In this document: in pieces, positions 11,682 through 24,725 of the stretch
How positions within the stretch are numbered: the first letter of the stretch is position 1
Layout of the letters: every line of letters starts with the position of its first letter
Assembly: GCF_021028975.2 (NCBI RefSeq)
Contig: NC_059428.1
Coordinates: 35,588,001 to 35,652,000, forward strand
DNA from: Sphaerodactylus townsendi
Lineage: Eukaryota
Reading direction: 5' to 3'
Length of the DNA stretch: 64,000 bases
The notes under the pieces: model-generated
Database searches by the model: none
What the model saw: the letters and a program-made list of their open reading frames with translations, nothing else
Told to the model about the DNA's origin: nothing
Made by a program: the position numbers and the translations under genes

Positions 11682-14113
11682 ACCAGCCTCCAGGTGCTGC
11701 TAGGAGATTTCCTGATATTACAATTGATCTCCTGATGACAGAGATCAATTCTCCAAGAGAAAATGGCTGTTTTTGGAGGGTAGATTCTATGGCATTTTAG
11801 ACCAATGAACCCCCCCCCCCTCCACAAACCCTACTTTCCCCAGGCTGCACCTCCAAAATCTCCAGGTATTTACCTACACAGAGTTTGCAAACCTACCACC
11901 ACACTCAGAACGTTTGTGACTGCTCAAGAATAATCTTCATATTGATTAACATTAACCTGCTCATTAGCAGGGAAACAGTCTAGCACTTATTTCGGTACAC
12001 TGTTTAATAGAGAGCCCTAGGAAGTCCAGATCTGCACCTCCTCTTGTTGTTTTGTAAGCACAAATGTACTCTTTCTATAACTGTAACTCTCTGCCTAAGA
12101 ATGAGGCTCTTGAGAGTTAATCACATTTCCAGGAATAAAATGGACTCGCAAAGGAGACCTGCAATGCTATATTTCTTTAATCCACCTTTGATATTCTTGC
12201 TAAAATAATTGATTGCAAAAAGAAGAAGAATCCATAGTTCTTGTCCAGAGTGCCAGCAGGAGAAGGTTCACTTTAGATTACCAAGCAAAATGCTGCCCTC
12301 TTATTTTGTCCCACTTTGGTGATTATCTCAGTAATGTATGGGACATGATTAAACCATAGGAATTGGTCAGGGCCAGGGAAGGAAATTGCTAATTGATTAA
12401 TTTCATTTTAGCAGTCAGCAGATAGATAAGATGCTATTCACTAACCCACAGCAAATTCAGACAACATGAATTAAGCGCGGTGGAAAAGTTATTTATCAAA
12501 CATTTCATTCCTCAAAATGGACAAGATAGTTTCTGGGCCTCTGCAGATAAGAATAACATTTCAGCAAAATGCAGCTTCATCAGGCCGATGCTGCCTCCTT
12601 GCTCAGCTCTTGATCTGTTGGCTAAAGCACTCACCATCAAGTACTCGGATGCCAGAGACAAAGTCTCCACCCTGCCAATGATTTGATCAGCTTTCCTGAA
12701 GGAGGTTACTTCAGGTCAAAGAATAATCTCACGGGGAAAATATTTTTCCATAGCCATTTTGATTGCTGGGCAGTATCTTGTAGGCTACTACTTTGTAGGC
12801 CAAACCCATGTGAGGTTATCTGAGAATAACTTCCTGTGGGGAGTGGAGCTTATTTCCAACTAATGCCGCAGCTTCAGAGGGGAAAACCATTCTTTGCTGG
12901 TGGGGCCAGGGTTGCCAACCTCCAAGTGGTGTCTGGATATCTCCCACTATTGTAATTTATCTCCAGGAGACAGAGATCAATTCATCTGGAGAAAATGGCC
13001 ACTTTGGAAGCTGATGGCCTTTGAAGTCCCTTCCTTCCCCAAACCTTGCTGTCTTCAGGTTCTACTCCCAAAATCTGATGTGGTTATACCTGAGCTCTTT
13101 GAAAAAATATAATTTCTTTAGTAAATGGTACATTTCATTTTCTGAATATTAGGAAGCTTTCCTTCTAAATGGTTCTCTCCAGGGTAGAGAGGGAGCCACA
13201 AGAGGTGTGTGTGGGAAGGGTGGCCGGATGCCTTCCCAGAAAATGACCTTTCTTAATGTTCCCCACTGTGTGTTAGAGGACCATAGTAAAAGTGTAGTTT
13301 CCAACTATGTTGTTTGTTTTGGTTGCTGGTTCAAACTCTCCTGCTAGATAATAATAAGACCACATCGTAAAGGGCTGAACTTTTAACAGAACTTTAGTCT
13401 AAAAATTGTTATTTCAAGCAGCCTGGGCCATATTTTATGCCTGTTTTAGTGCTGGGTTCCCCCCCTGAATTTTTGTTAATATCTTTTGTTTTTATTACTT
13501 TTATTTTGTAAGCAGTTATGGACAACTTCCTGCAAAGGTGGCATATATATTTTTGGTAAGAAAACAAATAAACCAGATACTAAGCTCTCCCTCCAGCAGA
13601 AACAGTTTCTAGACAGGATTGATTTCATTTCTGGGTTTTCCACGGAAGTGATATTTGCCCTCTCTAGGAATCACCAAAAAACTCAGCGGTTTTAGTGTAG
13701 AGTTTTGGCCAGTGTCTGGACAGGTGTGATATCACTTCTGATTTTCTTAGAAATTATGACATGCTGTTAGCTGACAGCCATTTTTTTTTCTTCTGCTACC
13801 AATCTGACCACAGAGGGAAACACAAGGTAGCAGTGGGAATTCCCTGCCCCCTTCTAGGGGATGAACAGCCCCAGTGTGGAATGTGTTTAGGGTGCCACAG
13901 GGACCTCAGAGTGCCTTATGTTTGACAGCTCTGTGTTAAATGGTTTGTGAGCAAGTGATTGATAAATGTAACTGATAAATTATGATAATGATAAAACATT
14001 CAGCTTCATTTCCAGTCAGTCATAATGGCTTCTCTCATGCTCTCTTAAGATTCAGGGAAAAAATATTAAAGGATATGTCAGCCAAGGGGGTCATACCTCT
14101 TCTTCCTGAACTG

Positions 14114-14422
14114 TGTGCTGCCAGCAGGCAGGGTGTGGGTCACAGTCTAATGGGTCAAGGCAGGTCACAGTCTAATGGGTCAGGGCAGGCGGTAGACAAG
14201 GCATAGTCAGGTCACAGTCCGACAGTTCATGGTGCAGGAGATCAGGTAAACAGACTGGAGATCAGCAGTAGACCAGGCACACAGAGGCAACAGGAAACAC
14301 TGGGTGCTGGCTCTGCTGCCTGGTCTTCCTCAGGAGCAGCCAACTGTGGCTGAACTGTGTCCTCAGGTTCTGCCTCAGAGTCCTCTGTGTCCTGGTAAGT
14401 ACCCAGGGGCTGGCTCATGACA
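14114..14422. mobile_element. Solo-LTR-like element
   Basis: TG...CA ends with 5-bp TSD AACTG (14109-14113, 14423-14427); internal tandem repeats of ggtcacagtctaatgggtca. Confidence 0.6.
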
Positions 14423-14651
14423 AACTGACTTTCACATTCCCCAAGGGCCAGGGAGACAAAAAAAACATTAATGAATTTGAAGCAAATTAGGTGTATGCAT
14501 GGGGGAATGTTCTCAGCTGTTACTGAAAGATTTCCAGGACAGTCTTCCCCATTACAATTGCTGTTCAAGATTCCTACCTGTTGCTTCAGCTCACTTCAGT
14601 ACTATTTTGTATTCTGAGTTAGGGTGTCCTGGAGCCACAAATTATCTAGAG

Positions 14652-15277
14652 CAGGGGTCCCCAAACTTTTTAAACAGGGGGCCAGTTCACTGTCCCTCAG
14701 ACTGGGTTACATGGGCCGGACTAAAAAAACTATGAACAAATTCCCATGCACAAATTAGATTGTAAATGTTTGATTTCAAATTCTTTTCAGCCTTCTGTCA
14801 TGGTCTATTTTAGAACAGTGACCAAAGTATGTCGGCACAGGGTGGGCTCCAAATATTGCTTGGGGGGGGCTGTGGAATACCTCCCTGTAAAACAAGAAAC
14901 TTTCCCACGAAGCATCTCCATCTTAACCCAGGATCAGGCCTCCTGGTTCTTCCCCAGCAGCCATGAAATATCTTCGCCAGCCTGGCTGATACCAATGGGA
15001 GGAGGAACAGAAGCCTGAGAGCAACACATGGAGGAAGCTGAGAGGTATATGGAGCAGGCGTTGCCACATGTAAGGTTTCCAACTCTGGGTCAGAAAATGC
15101 ATGGAGATTTGGGGGTGCCATCATGTAACTGCAATCAATGGCCGTTGGGGCCGGTTCCTCCTCTCCCTCGAGCCCCCACTGCACATGAATGGAGCCATCG
15201 CTGCCATGCCTGGCGGGCTGGATAAATGCCTTCAGGGGGCCACATTTGGCCCCCGGGCCGTAGTTTGGGGACCCCTG
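14652..15277 (-). mobile_element. hAT-Charlie non-autonomous element, OC1 (OposCharlie1)-like termini
   Basis: TIR CAGGGGTCCCCAAACT at both ends; 8-bp TSD ATCTAGAG (14644-14651, 15278-15285); subterminal aaacagggggccagttcactgtccctcag and (minus strand) ctacggcccgggggccaaatgtggccc. Confidence 0.88.
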
Positions 15278-15369
15278 ATCTAGAGCAAGTCAGTGTGCCC
15301 AGACAATTGAACACACAGGAATAAGAGAACATATGCCTCTCTACTCCATCTATATCTATCCAAATCTCT

Positions 15370-15860
15370 TGGTGATGCAGTGGAGAGCTTGACTCACTGC
15401 CTGACTGTTGTGGCTAAATGGCAAAGACAGAACAAATTGAATCCTGATAATAAAGTTGTAATGCTAGTTGGGAAGGCTGAAGCCTCGACAGACATTGTTC
15501 TTCCCATCTTTGATGGAGTTCACATACATTACACCCATTCTGCAGTCACTCCACTGGCTACCCATCAGCTACCTGGTTCAATTCAAGGCACTAACTAACA
15601 TACAAAACCCAGCATCATCTTGGACCTTTATATGTGTTTGCCCTTTTATGTTCTACCATGACTGCTCCACTCATCTGGTCAGGGCCTTCTGCAGGTGCCT
15701 CCCTATAAAACAAGCAAGATCAACAACTGCATGTATATGTATTTTCTCTGTTGTGGCCCATGCCTTGTGGAATGGTCTGCCTGAGGAGGTCAAGAGAGCT
15801 CCCATGTTCCTACCTTTCCACAAACTACGTAAAATGAAGTTGTTCAGGAAAGAATTTCAG
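15370..15860 (+). mobile_element. L2 LINE 3' fragment
   Basis: ORF 15468-15863 ITPILQSLHWLPISYLVQFKAL...FSVVAHALWNGLPEEVK, characteristic L2 ORF2 end. Confidence 0.88.
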
Positions 15861-17204
15861 TAAAGGTAATAGGGTTATGATAGAACAGTTCAGGAAGAAG
15901 CTTCATAAAGGGAAAGGCACTGTGTTGGGATGCTGATCAGATTGAAAGGCAGCATAAAAATGTTTTAAACAAATACATTATACCATAATGTATAGAACAG
16001 GGGTCTGCAACCTCTTAGAGTTCTCCAGATGTTGCTCATGATACCATGAATCCCATCAGCCGCTGCCTGGTATTGATGGGATTGTAGAACTATGAACATC
16101 TGAGAACCGCAGGTTGCGGTGGTTCTAGATACTGTATAGAATATATTATCATTTTGCTGCACACATTACCCTGTTGTCAATCCATTGTTTTGTTCTGATG
16201 TTAAATGTTATGTACTTAATTATATTCATACACTGTATGCAATGCTCATCAAATTTAGTTAATACTAGTCCTAGTATATAGTTTGTTTCATGTCTCCTCA
16301 TATTGATTGTATTGACCTACATTGTCTTTCATATAGATTGCTATCATCTTATACTATCTAATCAGCTTGGAGTCTCAGTGAAAAGGGTGGATTATACATA
16401 CAGTAAACAAATAAAATAAATTAAATGAATGAATGCAGTGTGTAATCTTGAATGCAAACAGATTTCTTGACTCTTTCAATATTTATTTATTTAAGGCACA
16501 GCCCTTAACCTTTAGAGCCTATGGACACCTTTGGGATCCTGAGAGGGATATTGAACATTTCTCCCAAATGGATGCTCAGGAGGCAGAGTCAAAACTCAAT
16601 AGAACTGTTCTTGGTTTGCAAACGAAAGGAAGAAAGGCCTGATGGAGTGGTAGCGAGAAAGAGAAGGAGGAATAAAAAGAAGGAAAGCCTGAACAGCTAA
16701 TGCAACTACAAACCTATTTGCTTATCAGTCCGCCTGATCCTCCATTGGCTGCATCTGCTATCACAGCCATGGAAACATACAGTGCAATCCTGAGTGGGGG
16801 TGTGCATGTGAAAGGGCACTGGATGCAGCATGACTCTTGTACTGCCTTGAATGCCACTTAACACTGGTGTAGGTGGAATCTATGTTGGTGCAGGGGCACT
16901 TACCCTGGTACTAGGTGCCACACTGCAACACAACACTGGGATGCCAAGGTTGCCATGGCACCAGTGATCCTCCAGCATAGGAGCCTGCACTGGAGGAGTT
17001 GCTGGGGATAAAGCCAATTTTAGTCGGCTTCCTGAATCCCTAAGCCCAGGAAAGCCCCATTTTGATGGTATGAACTTACACCAGCAATATGGGTGGCACA
17101 GCCCATTGGACTACATTGGGGCTTTTCACTACCCTTGAAAGAGGCTATCTGTTTTGTTGCTGGGTGCTGGCTATTCCTCCCCCCAGATCGAGCTGCCTGA
17201 AATG

Positions 17205-18125
17205 TGTGGGAAAGGACTTCAAGGATCATCTAGTCCAACTCTCTGCGCAATGCAGAAAATTCACAACTACTCCCCCCCACACACACACATACATCCACAG
17301 TGATGTTTAGGGTTGCTAGCTTTCTGGAATTGCCGCCGCTTTATGAACTGGTCTCTGTCACCCATCAGGGATCCGCTCTGTCGCTTCCGACTGTCTATCC
17401 ATTAGCGCCTGGGTTTAAAACTGGCGCACTTCAGGCCGCCAAGCCTTCGACCTGAGGCTGCTGCTGCAACGCGGCAGCTGTGACTCCGACTCCGCTTCCT
17501 TCCTTCAGAGGCGGCCTCTAGGTCGCTTTAAACAGCACAACCTTCAAAGCGTTGTTGCTGGGGAGGAAGCTGCCTTCCGCTGGTGCTTAGCACCGCTGGA
17601 AGATTAATCTCGCTTCGCCCCCCCTCGAATATTCTCGTGCGTGCGTCCACTGACATGCTTAGCCGCCGATACACTGTCCTCCCACCTCCAAGGGGTCGGA
17701 GGGCAGCGTATGGGCTTCGGCTTCAGCCCAGGCGACCACGGCAGGGACATTGTGAGTGGGGCGCAGAGAAGAGGCGGTTCGTCGCGAGTCAGCCGCCTGC
17801 CGTCTGTCGGCCTCTGCTTGGCCCGTTCGCATGCTTGCATGCGAACAGGCTTCCGCCCCCACACCGCCAGAACTCTTGGCGGCGTGGGGGCGAATGGAGG
17901 CAGTGCGGAAACGGCCCATGTTAATAGAATCAGTGCTGCCATCAGATGGCCATGAAGCCACTGTGCTTAAAAACCTCCAGGGCCCAACACCTCCCAAGGA
18001 AGCCTGTTCTACTAAATAACCTCTCCATCAGGAAGTCCTTCCTAATCCTTAGCCAAAAATTAATTTGATTTAATTTGAACCCATTTGTTCTGGCCTGACC
18101 TTCTGGGGCAACAGGAAACAACTTT
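17205..18125 (-). mobile_element. CR1 3'-region fragment split by a CpG-rich insertion
   Basis: ggatcatctagtccaac...tgcagaaaattcac at 17220-17265 and gaatcagtgctgccatcagatggcc...ggaagtccttcctaat at 17927-18050 resemble CR1 3' sequence. Confidence 0.65.
17325..17916. mobile_element. CpG-rich one-ended PIF/Harbinger-like element
   Basis: Right end gtgcggaaacggcc is the reverse complement of the GGCCNTTTCCGCAC TIR shared by other Harbinger MITEs here; no left TIR found. Confidence 0.55.
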
Positions 18126-21100
18126 TATTTGAATGTGAGCAACCATTAACAATTCCAGACTTACAACAATCCTGTTCACTGGGCATCGGGGGAAATATAG
18201 GCAAGTGCTATAGTGTTTATGAATACCACATTGGTGTTCTCTTCACAGGCTCAAGGCAGGTTGCACAGTTATTAAAATTTCATATTAAATTAATGCAAAA
18301 AAGGGAATCAAATCACTTCAAATAATCCACTGTATTTTTCTTAGCCATCAAAATTACTCATTGTGGAAATCCTTTTCCTAAACAACTGTTTTAAAGTGAT
18401 GCTGGAATGCCAGCAAAATGGAAACCTCACATATTAACTTCCTCAGAAGTTGAACTTCCTTCTGCTATTTCTCATCAGTGTGTTTTGGGTTTTCTAGTAC
18501 TAGTCTATATAAATGTTCAGGGCACATTGAGAATCAGAATAGATGCATGTAATTTTCCCATCGTATGGACACATTCTGACCTAATCTAATAGTACTAAAA
18601 ACAGGAAAAATGCTTCGTGCAAATTAAGTCACAATATTTCATTCAGCAGGCCCATCAAACAACTAATATCTGGTCTCTCAGAGCAGTTAATTGAGCAAGA
18701 GGTTTTACTAATGAGATGCCCCAGCAATAACGCAGCATCTTATTGTTTATTATCATTTTCTAGCCATCTGAAAATGGGTTGCAAGCAGGTTGCTTGAACA
18801 CCCACAGATTCACTTCGTGTTCTGCTCACTGTCACAAGCAGGGAGATTATTTTTTTTGCTAAGCACTTCATCTATTTGTGAGCAAGTTCTCCCCTCCCCC
18901 ATATTATAACAGCTCTGTACAGTATAATTTCACACATGTGCATCCTCACACAACCTGATGGCAGTCCCAGTTCCTCCTTTCTCTTACAGTTTTGTTGCTG
19001 CTGCTCACTGCTCAGAAGCCAGTTGTATAAATATACAGTGAGCAAATTAATTGCTCATCCTGTTGTTATTAACATATCTAATTCTCAGTGTGGCCCTTTA
19101 ACTCTGAGAAATAAATGCCCTCTGACCATTGCTAGGCAACCACAACAGTATTGAAAGCCTTCAAGCCCAGGTTTCTGTCAGTAAAAGATGGGGGAGGCAA
19201 CCTTCAGGCAACTTGTTACCACCTAAATTACATGTGGCTCACTCAAGTCTAGCTGCTTGCAATGTTCAGTGGCAGCTGTGTCATGAAAGCCAGAGTGGTA
19301 TAGTGATTAGATTCTAGGTTCTAGGAAACCCTGGTTTGAATCCTTCTCTACCATGGAAGCTCATTGGGTGACATTGGACCAGTCGCATATTCTCAGCCTG
19401 ACCTGACTGCTGTTGGGAGCATAAAATGGAGGAAGGGAGAATGATGCATGCCACGTTGGACCTCCATTGTGAAGAAAGGCAGGATATACACGATGTAAAC
19501 AAATAATAAATATAACCAAAGGTTAAAGCAGATTAAAAGTAGGTTGTTTTGTTGGTGGGAAGAAGAAAAGGAAGCATGGAAAGGTGAGGATGCTGCCAGG
19601 AGGAGGAAAAGAGGAAATAATGCGGGGAAGGTTGTACAGGGGAAAGTGAGGTACCCCCCCCCCCAAAAAAAAATAAGTCCTTGCGTGTTTCCTACCACAC
19701 AACTGGCCTCCTGTCTGGCACCAAAAAAAATCAGCCAGCTAATTGGGTAGAAAAGTATGGAAAACTGAAGACAGGAGGAGGATAAAGGTAGGTTAGCTGG
19801 TAGATGTTAAGGAGAGAAGGAAGCAGGAAAAGGAGAGAGGCCGTCATTATCTAGCAGGAGAGTTTGAACCAGCAACCATGAGAGGTGGGAAAATAAGATG
19901 CCCCCTGAAAGTCCAAGTGGGTCCCCTACTTGTACAGACAGTAAACAGTGACCTTAGTTTAGACTCAATAGTTTTCCTAATTTTAAAAAAATCAATGAGC
20001 TATCTCTGTAGCTATGCAGATGCAAATATGAGAATCTTAGCACTCAGAAAACCCATCTACCTCCCATTAAGAAGCATTGGGTTGTTCTGCCCTCCACAAA
20101 CCAACTTTTTTGGGGGAGGGGGTTCTTACTGGCTGAAAAGGTGCCCAGGATTGGAGCCTGCATAGCAAACTTCCTGGGGAAACCTTCAACAAATGGCGGC
20201 AGGGAGAATCCCTTCAGCTGTACACAAAATGTTGGGCGCAAGCTGAGGGTTAAATTGTCCAGACAGCAAAACAATTGGGTGGGAAACATCCTCTTATTCC
20301 CTCTGATATCTTTGCTGTTTGGAAAGCACACCAGAAGCTGCCTCTTTTTAAGACCTCCCCTGCACATCTTACTTTGGGTGTGCAGAGTGAAAAGAGGCAG
20401 TTGCCTCTTTGTAAGACATCCCGCACAAATCTTTTTTTGCACTGCATAAAATGGTTCAAAATGTCCACAGTTAGAGACCAGCGAAACTGACAATAGAAGT
20501 TGATTTTTGCAGCAGGAAATTGACAAGGGACTGCCATAGTAACAATACTATAAAAGTCCCTTGCCAAGTTCCTCCTGCAAAGGCAACTTCGTTGTCAATT
20601 TCATAAGATCCTGCCAACACATTGTATTTTCACCTTAATGTGACTTTGTTCATTTGGGGTGAAATGGACAAAGCTGATATAACTGACTTGGCTTGTGACT
20701 GTGCTTGTAATTGCTAATGCCATGCAGATTTTTTTTTAAAAAAAAATCCTTTAGAAAATGGAGGATGAGGAGAAGAGAAAATGACTGGAAGGGAGGGCTG
20801 TTCTTTTGCATCACAGATTACATCCCACCACTGTTGGAATAATATGATTCAGCACTAGCATGTGGTATAAATGCTACTGTAGAGACAAGGAGAAAATGGC
20901 ACGAAGCATGGAGGTGTGCAGTGGTTTCACAGGAAAGTGACCAAGACACAAACTTTGACCACTAGGAAAATCTGTGGTAAGTTGTGCATGTGGAAAAGGA
21001 CGATATCCTGGCTGCTGCATTTAAGCCAGTTGAAGCTTCCAAGCTTTCTTTAAAGACAACCCCAATAGCATGTTAGTGTAATCTTATTTGAATGTAACTA

Positions 21101-21159
21101 GGCTTGAATGATAGTGGTCCAGCTCCGTCTTCTGCAGAAAACACGGCTGACCAATCTAA

Positions 21160-21581
21160 GACCATTTCCGCACAGACTAAAAAAGGCGGTAAATGGACAG
21201 TAAAAACAGCATTATAGTGGGGAGTTCACATGGCTGTCGCAAAAACAATGCTGCAGTGATGTGGCAATGCTCTAGCGAGCCCACAACAGTTTATTCTAAA
21301 ATCGCTCACTGAGCGTGTCTTTTCAACAACGGCGCTCTGTAGTCAGCATCATGTGAAGCGCCCGCCAGGAATCGGTGCCGCAGAGCCCGCCCCCCATAAT
21401 GGTGGGCCACACTGACCAATCCTGGTGTCAAACTCTCGTGACGTCTACTCTGGGGAAAAAGGAACACTGTTTGCAAAGTGCTACCTTTCTACGGAGTGTC
21501 CAGCCATGCGAATTCTCCGTTGCTGCAGCGTTGCCAATAACACCAACGGCACAACGCTGTAATTGGCTGTGCAGAATGGCC
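21160..21581. mobile_element. PIF/Harbinger-like non-autonomous element
   Basis: Termini gaccatttccgcacag / ctgtgcagaatggcc; TSD not conserved. Confidence 0.6.
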
Positions 21582-22684
21582 TCTGCTAGAAAGAAAACCA
21601 CTGGCCAAAACTACTTGCTGGTTTCCAGAAGCAGTGCTAGATCCATCCATGAACCGACATATCCAAGGACATCTGCAGTGAATTGTTGTCACTATCACCA
21701 AGTGCGCAAACAGGGGGAAAACTTCTTCATAACTTAACGTAACTCTAATTATCAGTTTGCCAGTAGGAATTCCTGCCCTCTCCCCAAGAATTTGTTATAA
21801 ATACTACTATATTTCTGTTCCTTGCTGTTCAGTCATTTTTTTCAAATCTATGGGAGTTGCATCCACTGGTTTCCTTCGGCCATGTGAAGAATCTTTTTGT
21901 CAGGCTCCAAAGAAATATTCCTTATGTAGCAGAAGAAAGATATTGGATCTAACCACTGCAATCCAACATGAAAGAGCTAAAATAGAATTCGTGAAAAAAA
22001 ATCACCCCTTCATTGTATGTCCTCTTTCCCCATGGCTTAAGGCAGCTGACAAATCACAGTTTAAAAGCAGACAAAATAATACTCCAGATAACCCCCTCCC
22101 CTAAAAGATGACTGCAGACTATAACCTGTTAAAAGCTCTGGCAAATAAAATGACTTTGCAGTGTATCCTAAAAAATTCTACATTTTTTTTAAAAAATCTG
22201 TCTTTCCCCAAGGCTTGAATTTGGCCCTTGATCTCTTCACACACTATAGGTGCTAATCTCAGCATGACCCACACTTCACAGCCATTAATTAATTCAACTG
22301 TACCTTTATATGGCCTATTTACTGCCCTGTTGAATCTACTTAACATTTCACACAGTATTTCCTTAATTGGATTGTACATTAATCCTGCCATACCTGTCTG
22401 TCAACAGTTTGGATTGGTTCTCCCCCCCCCCCCCCAATTTGAATGGATTCATTACTTAGATTGGTTCCTGCTTTATATTGGCTTCTCCAAACCCCCCCCC
22501 CTCTTTTTTTACCCTTTTTTTAGTTCCTTAGTATAAATTTAGCTCCTTTGGAAGGTTACCCAGTGCTTCTGATAGTAAGTGAGCTCTGGCTTACAAACAC
22601 TTCAGTGAAAATAAAGGTCAGGCTCTTATGATGCTATGGACTCCTGTTTAATCTTGTCTCAAGATGTTGTTGTGGCGGACAGAG

Positions 22685-22846
22685 CCAAGTCACAGCAACT
22701 TATGGCTACCCCAACAAGGGGCTGGTGAGAGGCAGAGGTGGTTTGCCATTGCCTTCCTTTGCAGAGTCTTCCTTGGTGGTCTCCTTTCCAAATACTGATC
22801 CTGCTTAGCTTCTAAGATCTGACAAGACTCGCGATACCATGCTGCC
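22685..22846 (-). mobile_element. 5S rRNA-derived SINE with Sauria/RTE-type tail
   Basis: Minus strand cttgtcagatcttagaagctaagcaggatcag...ggagacc resembles the 5S internal promoter region, followed by ggcaatggcaaaccacctctg. Confidence 0.8.
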
Positions 22847-23073
22847 TTTCTTCCTGAAATATTTTTACAGGCGCTGCGTGATCTCAGTAGAATTATGGCC
22901 CTACCCAGTGGCCCTGAACAATCACAGAAGCTTCTTCCATTGGGCCTTCTGACTATGTGGCTGGTTTGGTGCATCTCAATGCTTTGCAGGACTGAATGTG
23001 TGCTAATAGACTGCTGTAAGGTAGCCACTTAGAACAAACCTCTGTATGCCTGTATATTATGAACCCAAACAGC

Positions 23074-23262
23074 AGATAGTCACTTTATCACTTTCGATGA
23101 TACAGTTCTATCGGCCTAGGGACCATGACTTACGCCACAGTAAAATCCCCTGAGATAAAATTAACCGTTCATTTTCTATCTATCATTACCCTGGAAAAGA
23201 TTTTTGCAGCTGATAAGGTTACACTACGGTCCGACCCAGCGAGCAAAAATTTCAATTTATCA
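23074..23262. promoter_or_regulatory. Candidate GATA-factor enhancer (7 WGATAR sites)
   Basis: WGATAR/YTATCW at 23074, 23085, 23153, 23176, 23180, 23211, 23257; E-box CAGCTG overlaps the 23211 site; no recognisable repeat. Confidence 0.45.
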
Positions 23263-23784
23263 CCTCTAGGTGTGTCAGTAACTCTTTGCAAACAGTGTGA
23301 AATGAATTTCTTCCTTTTGTGTATGAATAGGCTACAGTCTAACAGACAGGGCTCCAATGTGTCGACATAGCAGGTAGTTGTTGAGTGTTTATAGCCTATC
23401 TTAGACGATAAGAATACAAAGATGGAGTCAGTCTAAAAGGTATGTTGTGCATAGGTCAATTATGGGTCCGTAGTTCAAAATCTGCACCTTGTATAAGCCC
23501 AGAAGATGTTTAAAAGGCAGCACAGAAGCACTGGAAAGGCACTGTGATTCTGCACCAGATTAAAGGAGAAAGGCCTTTAAGAGATGGACAGCTCCATAGA
23601 CGAGTGATGAGAAAAGAAGACACCACCAGTCCTGAATCAGCCAAAAAAGGATTTTTTCATCAGAAGGAGGAAAATGTCTTTGGACCTGTCTAGTGCTACA
23701 ATCAGATATAAAGGCAAGGGAACTTTGAGACTGTGAACCAGACCAGGAGAGGGGAACTGAATCCTTTAGATAGCACATGGCTTA

Positions 23785-23872
23785 GAATGCAATCCTATGC
23801 AGAATTCCTCCAGTCTAACACCATGTAAATCAATGGGCCTAGATTGGAGGAACTCTGCACAGAAATGCACTG
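23785..23872. mobile_element. Short palindromic Harbinger-type MITE
   Basis: 88-bp imperfect palindrome with TTA TSD; relatives at ~47390-47450 and 54731-54815. Confidence 0.7.
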
Positions 23873-24585
23873 TTACTTCCTTCCACAGCCACAGCTACTT
23901 CATTCCTGCCTCAGTTCAGCTTCAGTTTGCTCACCTCTTGTCTCCCGCCAGGTGCTGAGGGAGAATTACCCAGCAGAGAGGAAGGAGAGGAAGTACAAGT
24001 GACTGGCACTTCCTTTCTTGGGCCACTCAGTGCAGCATCTGAACGGGCAACTCTCTTGGACTCTGCTTAGGCACCTTTCGGCCGAGAAGATAGGCAAGAG
24101 GTCTTGCTTTGCGTGTTCATCAGACGTCTGTATCCACAAGCCACCCTTCTGCGCACCATCTTTCTATCTCTGTGTGTGTGTGCTGTCAGGTCACACCTGC
24201 TCACATCTGATTTATGGCGACCCTGAAGGTTTTTCAAGGCAAGAGACATTAAGAGGGGGTTTGCCATCAGCTGCCTCCGTGAGGGTTGAGAGAGGGCTGA
24301 GAGGGCCGTGACTGGCCCAAGATCACTCAGCAGGATTCACCAGGACATGTAGGGAATCAAACCTGGTTATCCGTAGTAGAGTTCACTGCTCTTAATCACT
24401 ACACCACACTGGCTCTCCTTCTCTATCTGGTTTATCCTAATCACACACTTCCTTTGGGTAATGGTGCTCCCCTACTCCATTCTAAGGAGCCCCACAATGC
24501 CGTGGGGCTGAGAAGAAGAGTGGCTGGTCTAAGGTCACCAAGCAAACCTCATGGATGAGTGGGGATTTGAGCCTGTGTCCTCTAA

Positions 24586-24725
24586 GGCCCCTTCCGCACA
24601 TGCAGAATAATGTACTTTCAATCCAGTTTCACAATTGTTGCAAGTGGATTTTGCTATTCCGCACAGCTGCAAAGTGCATTGAAAGTGGATTGAAAGTGCA
24701 TTGTTCTGCATGTGTGGAAGGGGTC
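24586..24725. mobile_element. PIF/Harbinger MITE nested in a SINE
   Basis: TIR ggccccttccgcacatgcagaa / ttctgcatgtgtggaaggggtc; TAA TSD. Confidence 0.9.

Noticed and set aside
12480-12700. Possible exon (minus-strand GTGAGT donor near 12630) or short ORF
   Set aside because: No recognisable homology; may be a non-coding conserved element but this cannot be supported from sequence alone
17583-18019. Cluster of ~110-aa ORFs suggesting a second gene promoter
   Set aside because: GC-rich insert ending in a transposon TIR within a CR1 fragment; no coherent exon structure
19500-19935. Purine-rich stretch possibly a second Helitron-like element
   Set aside because: The 3' hairpin and terminus are too degenerate and no 5' end could be defined
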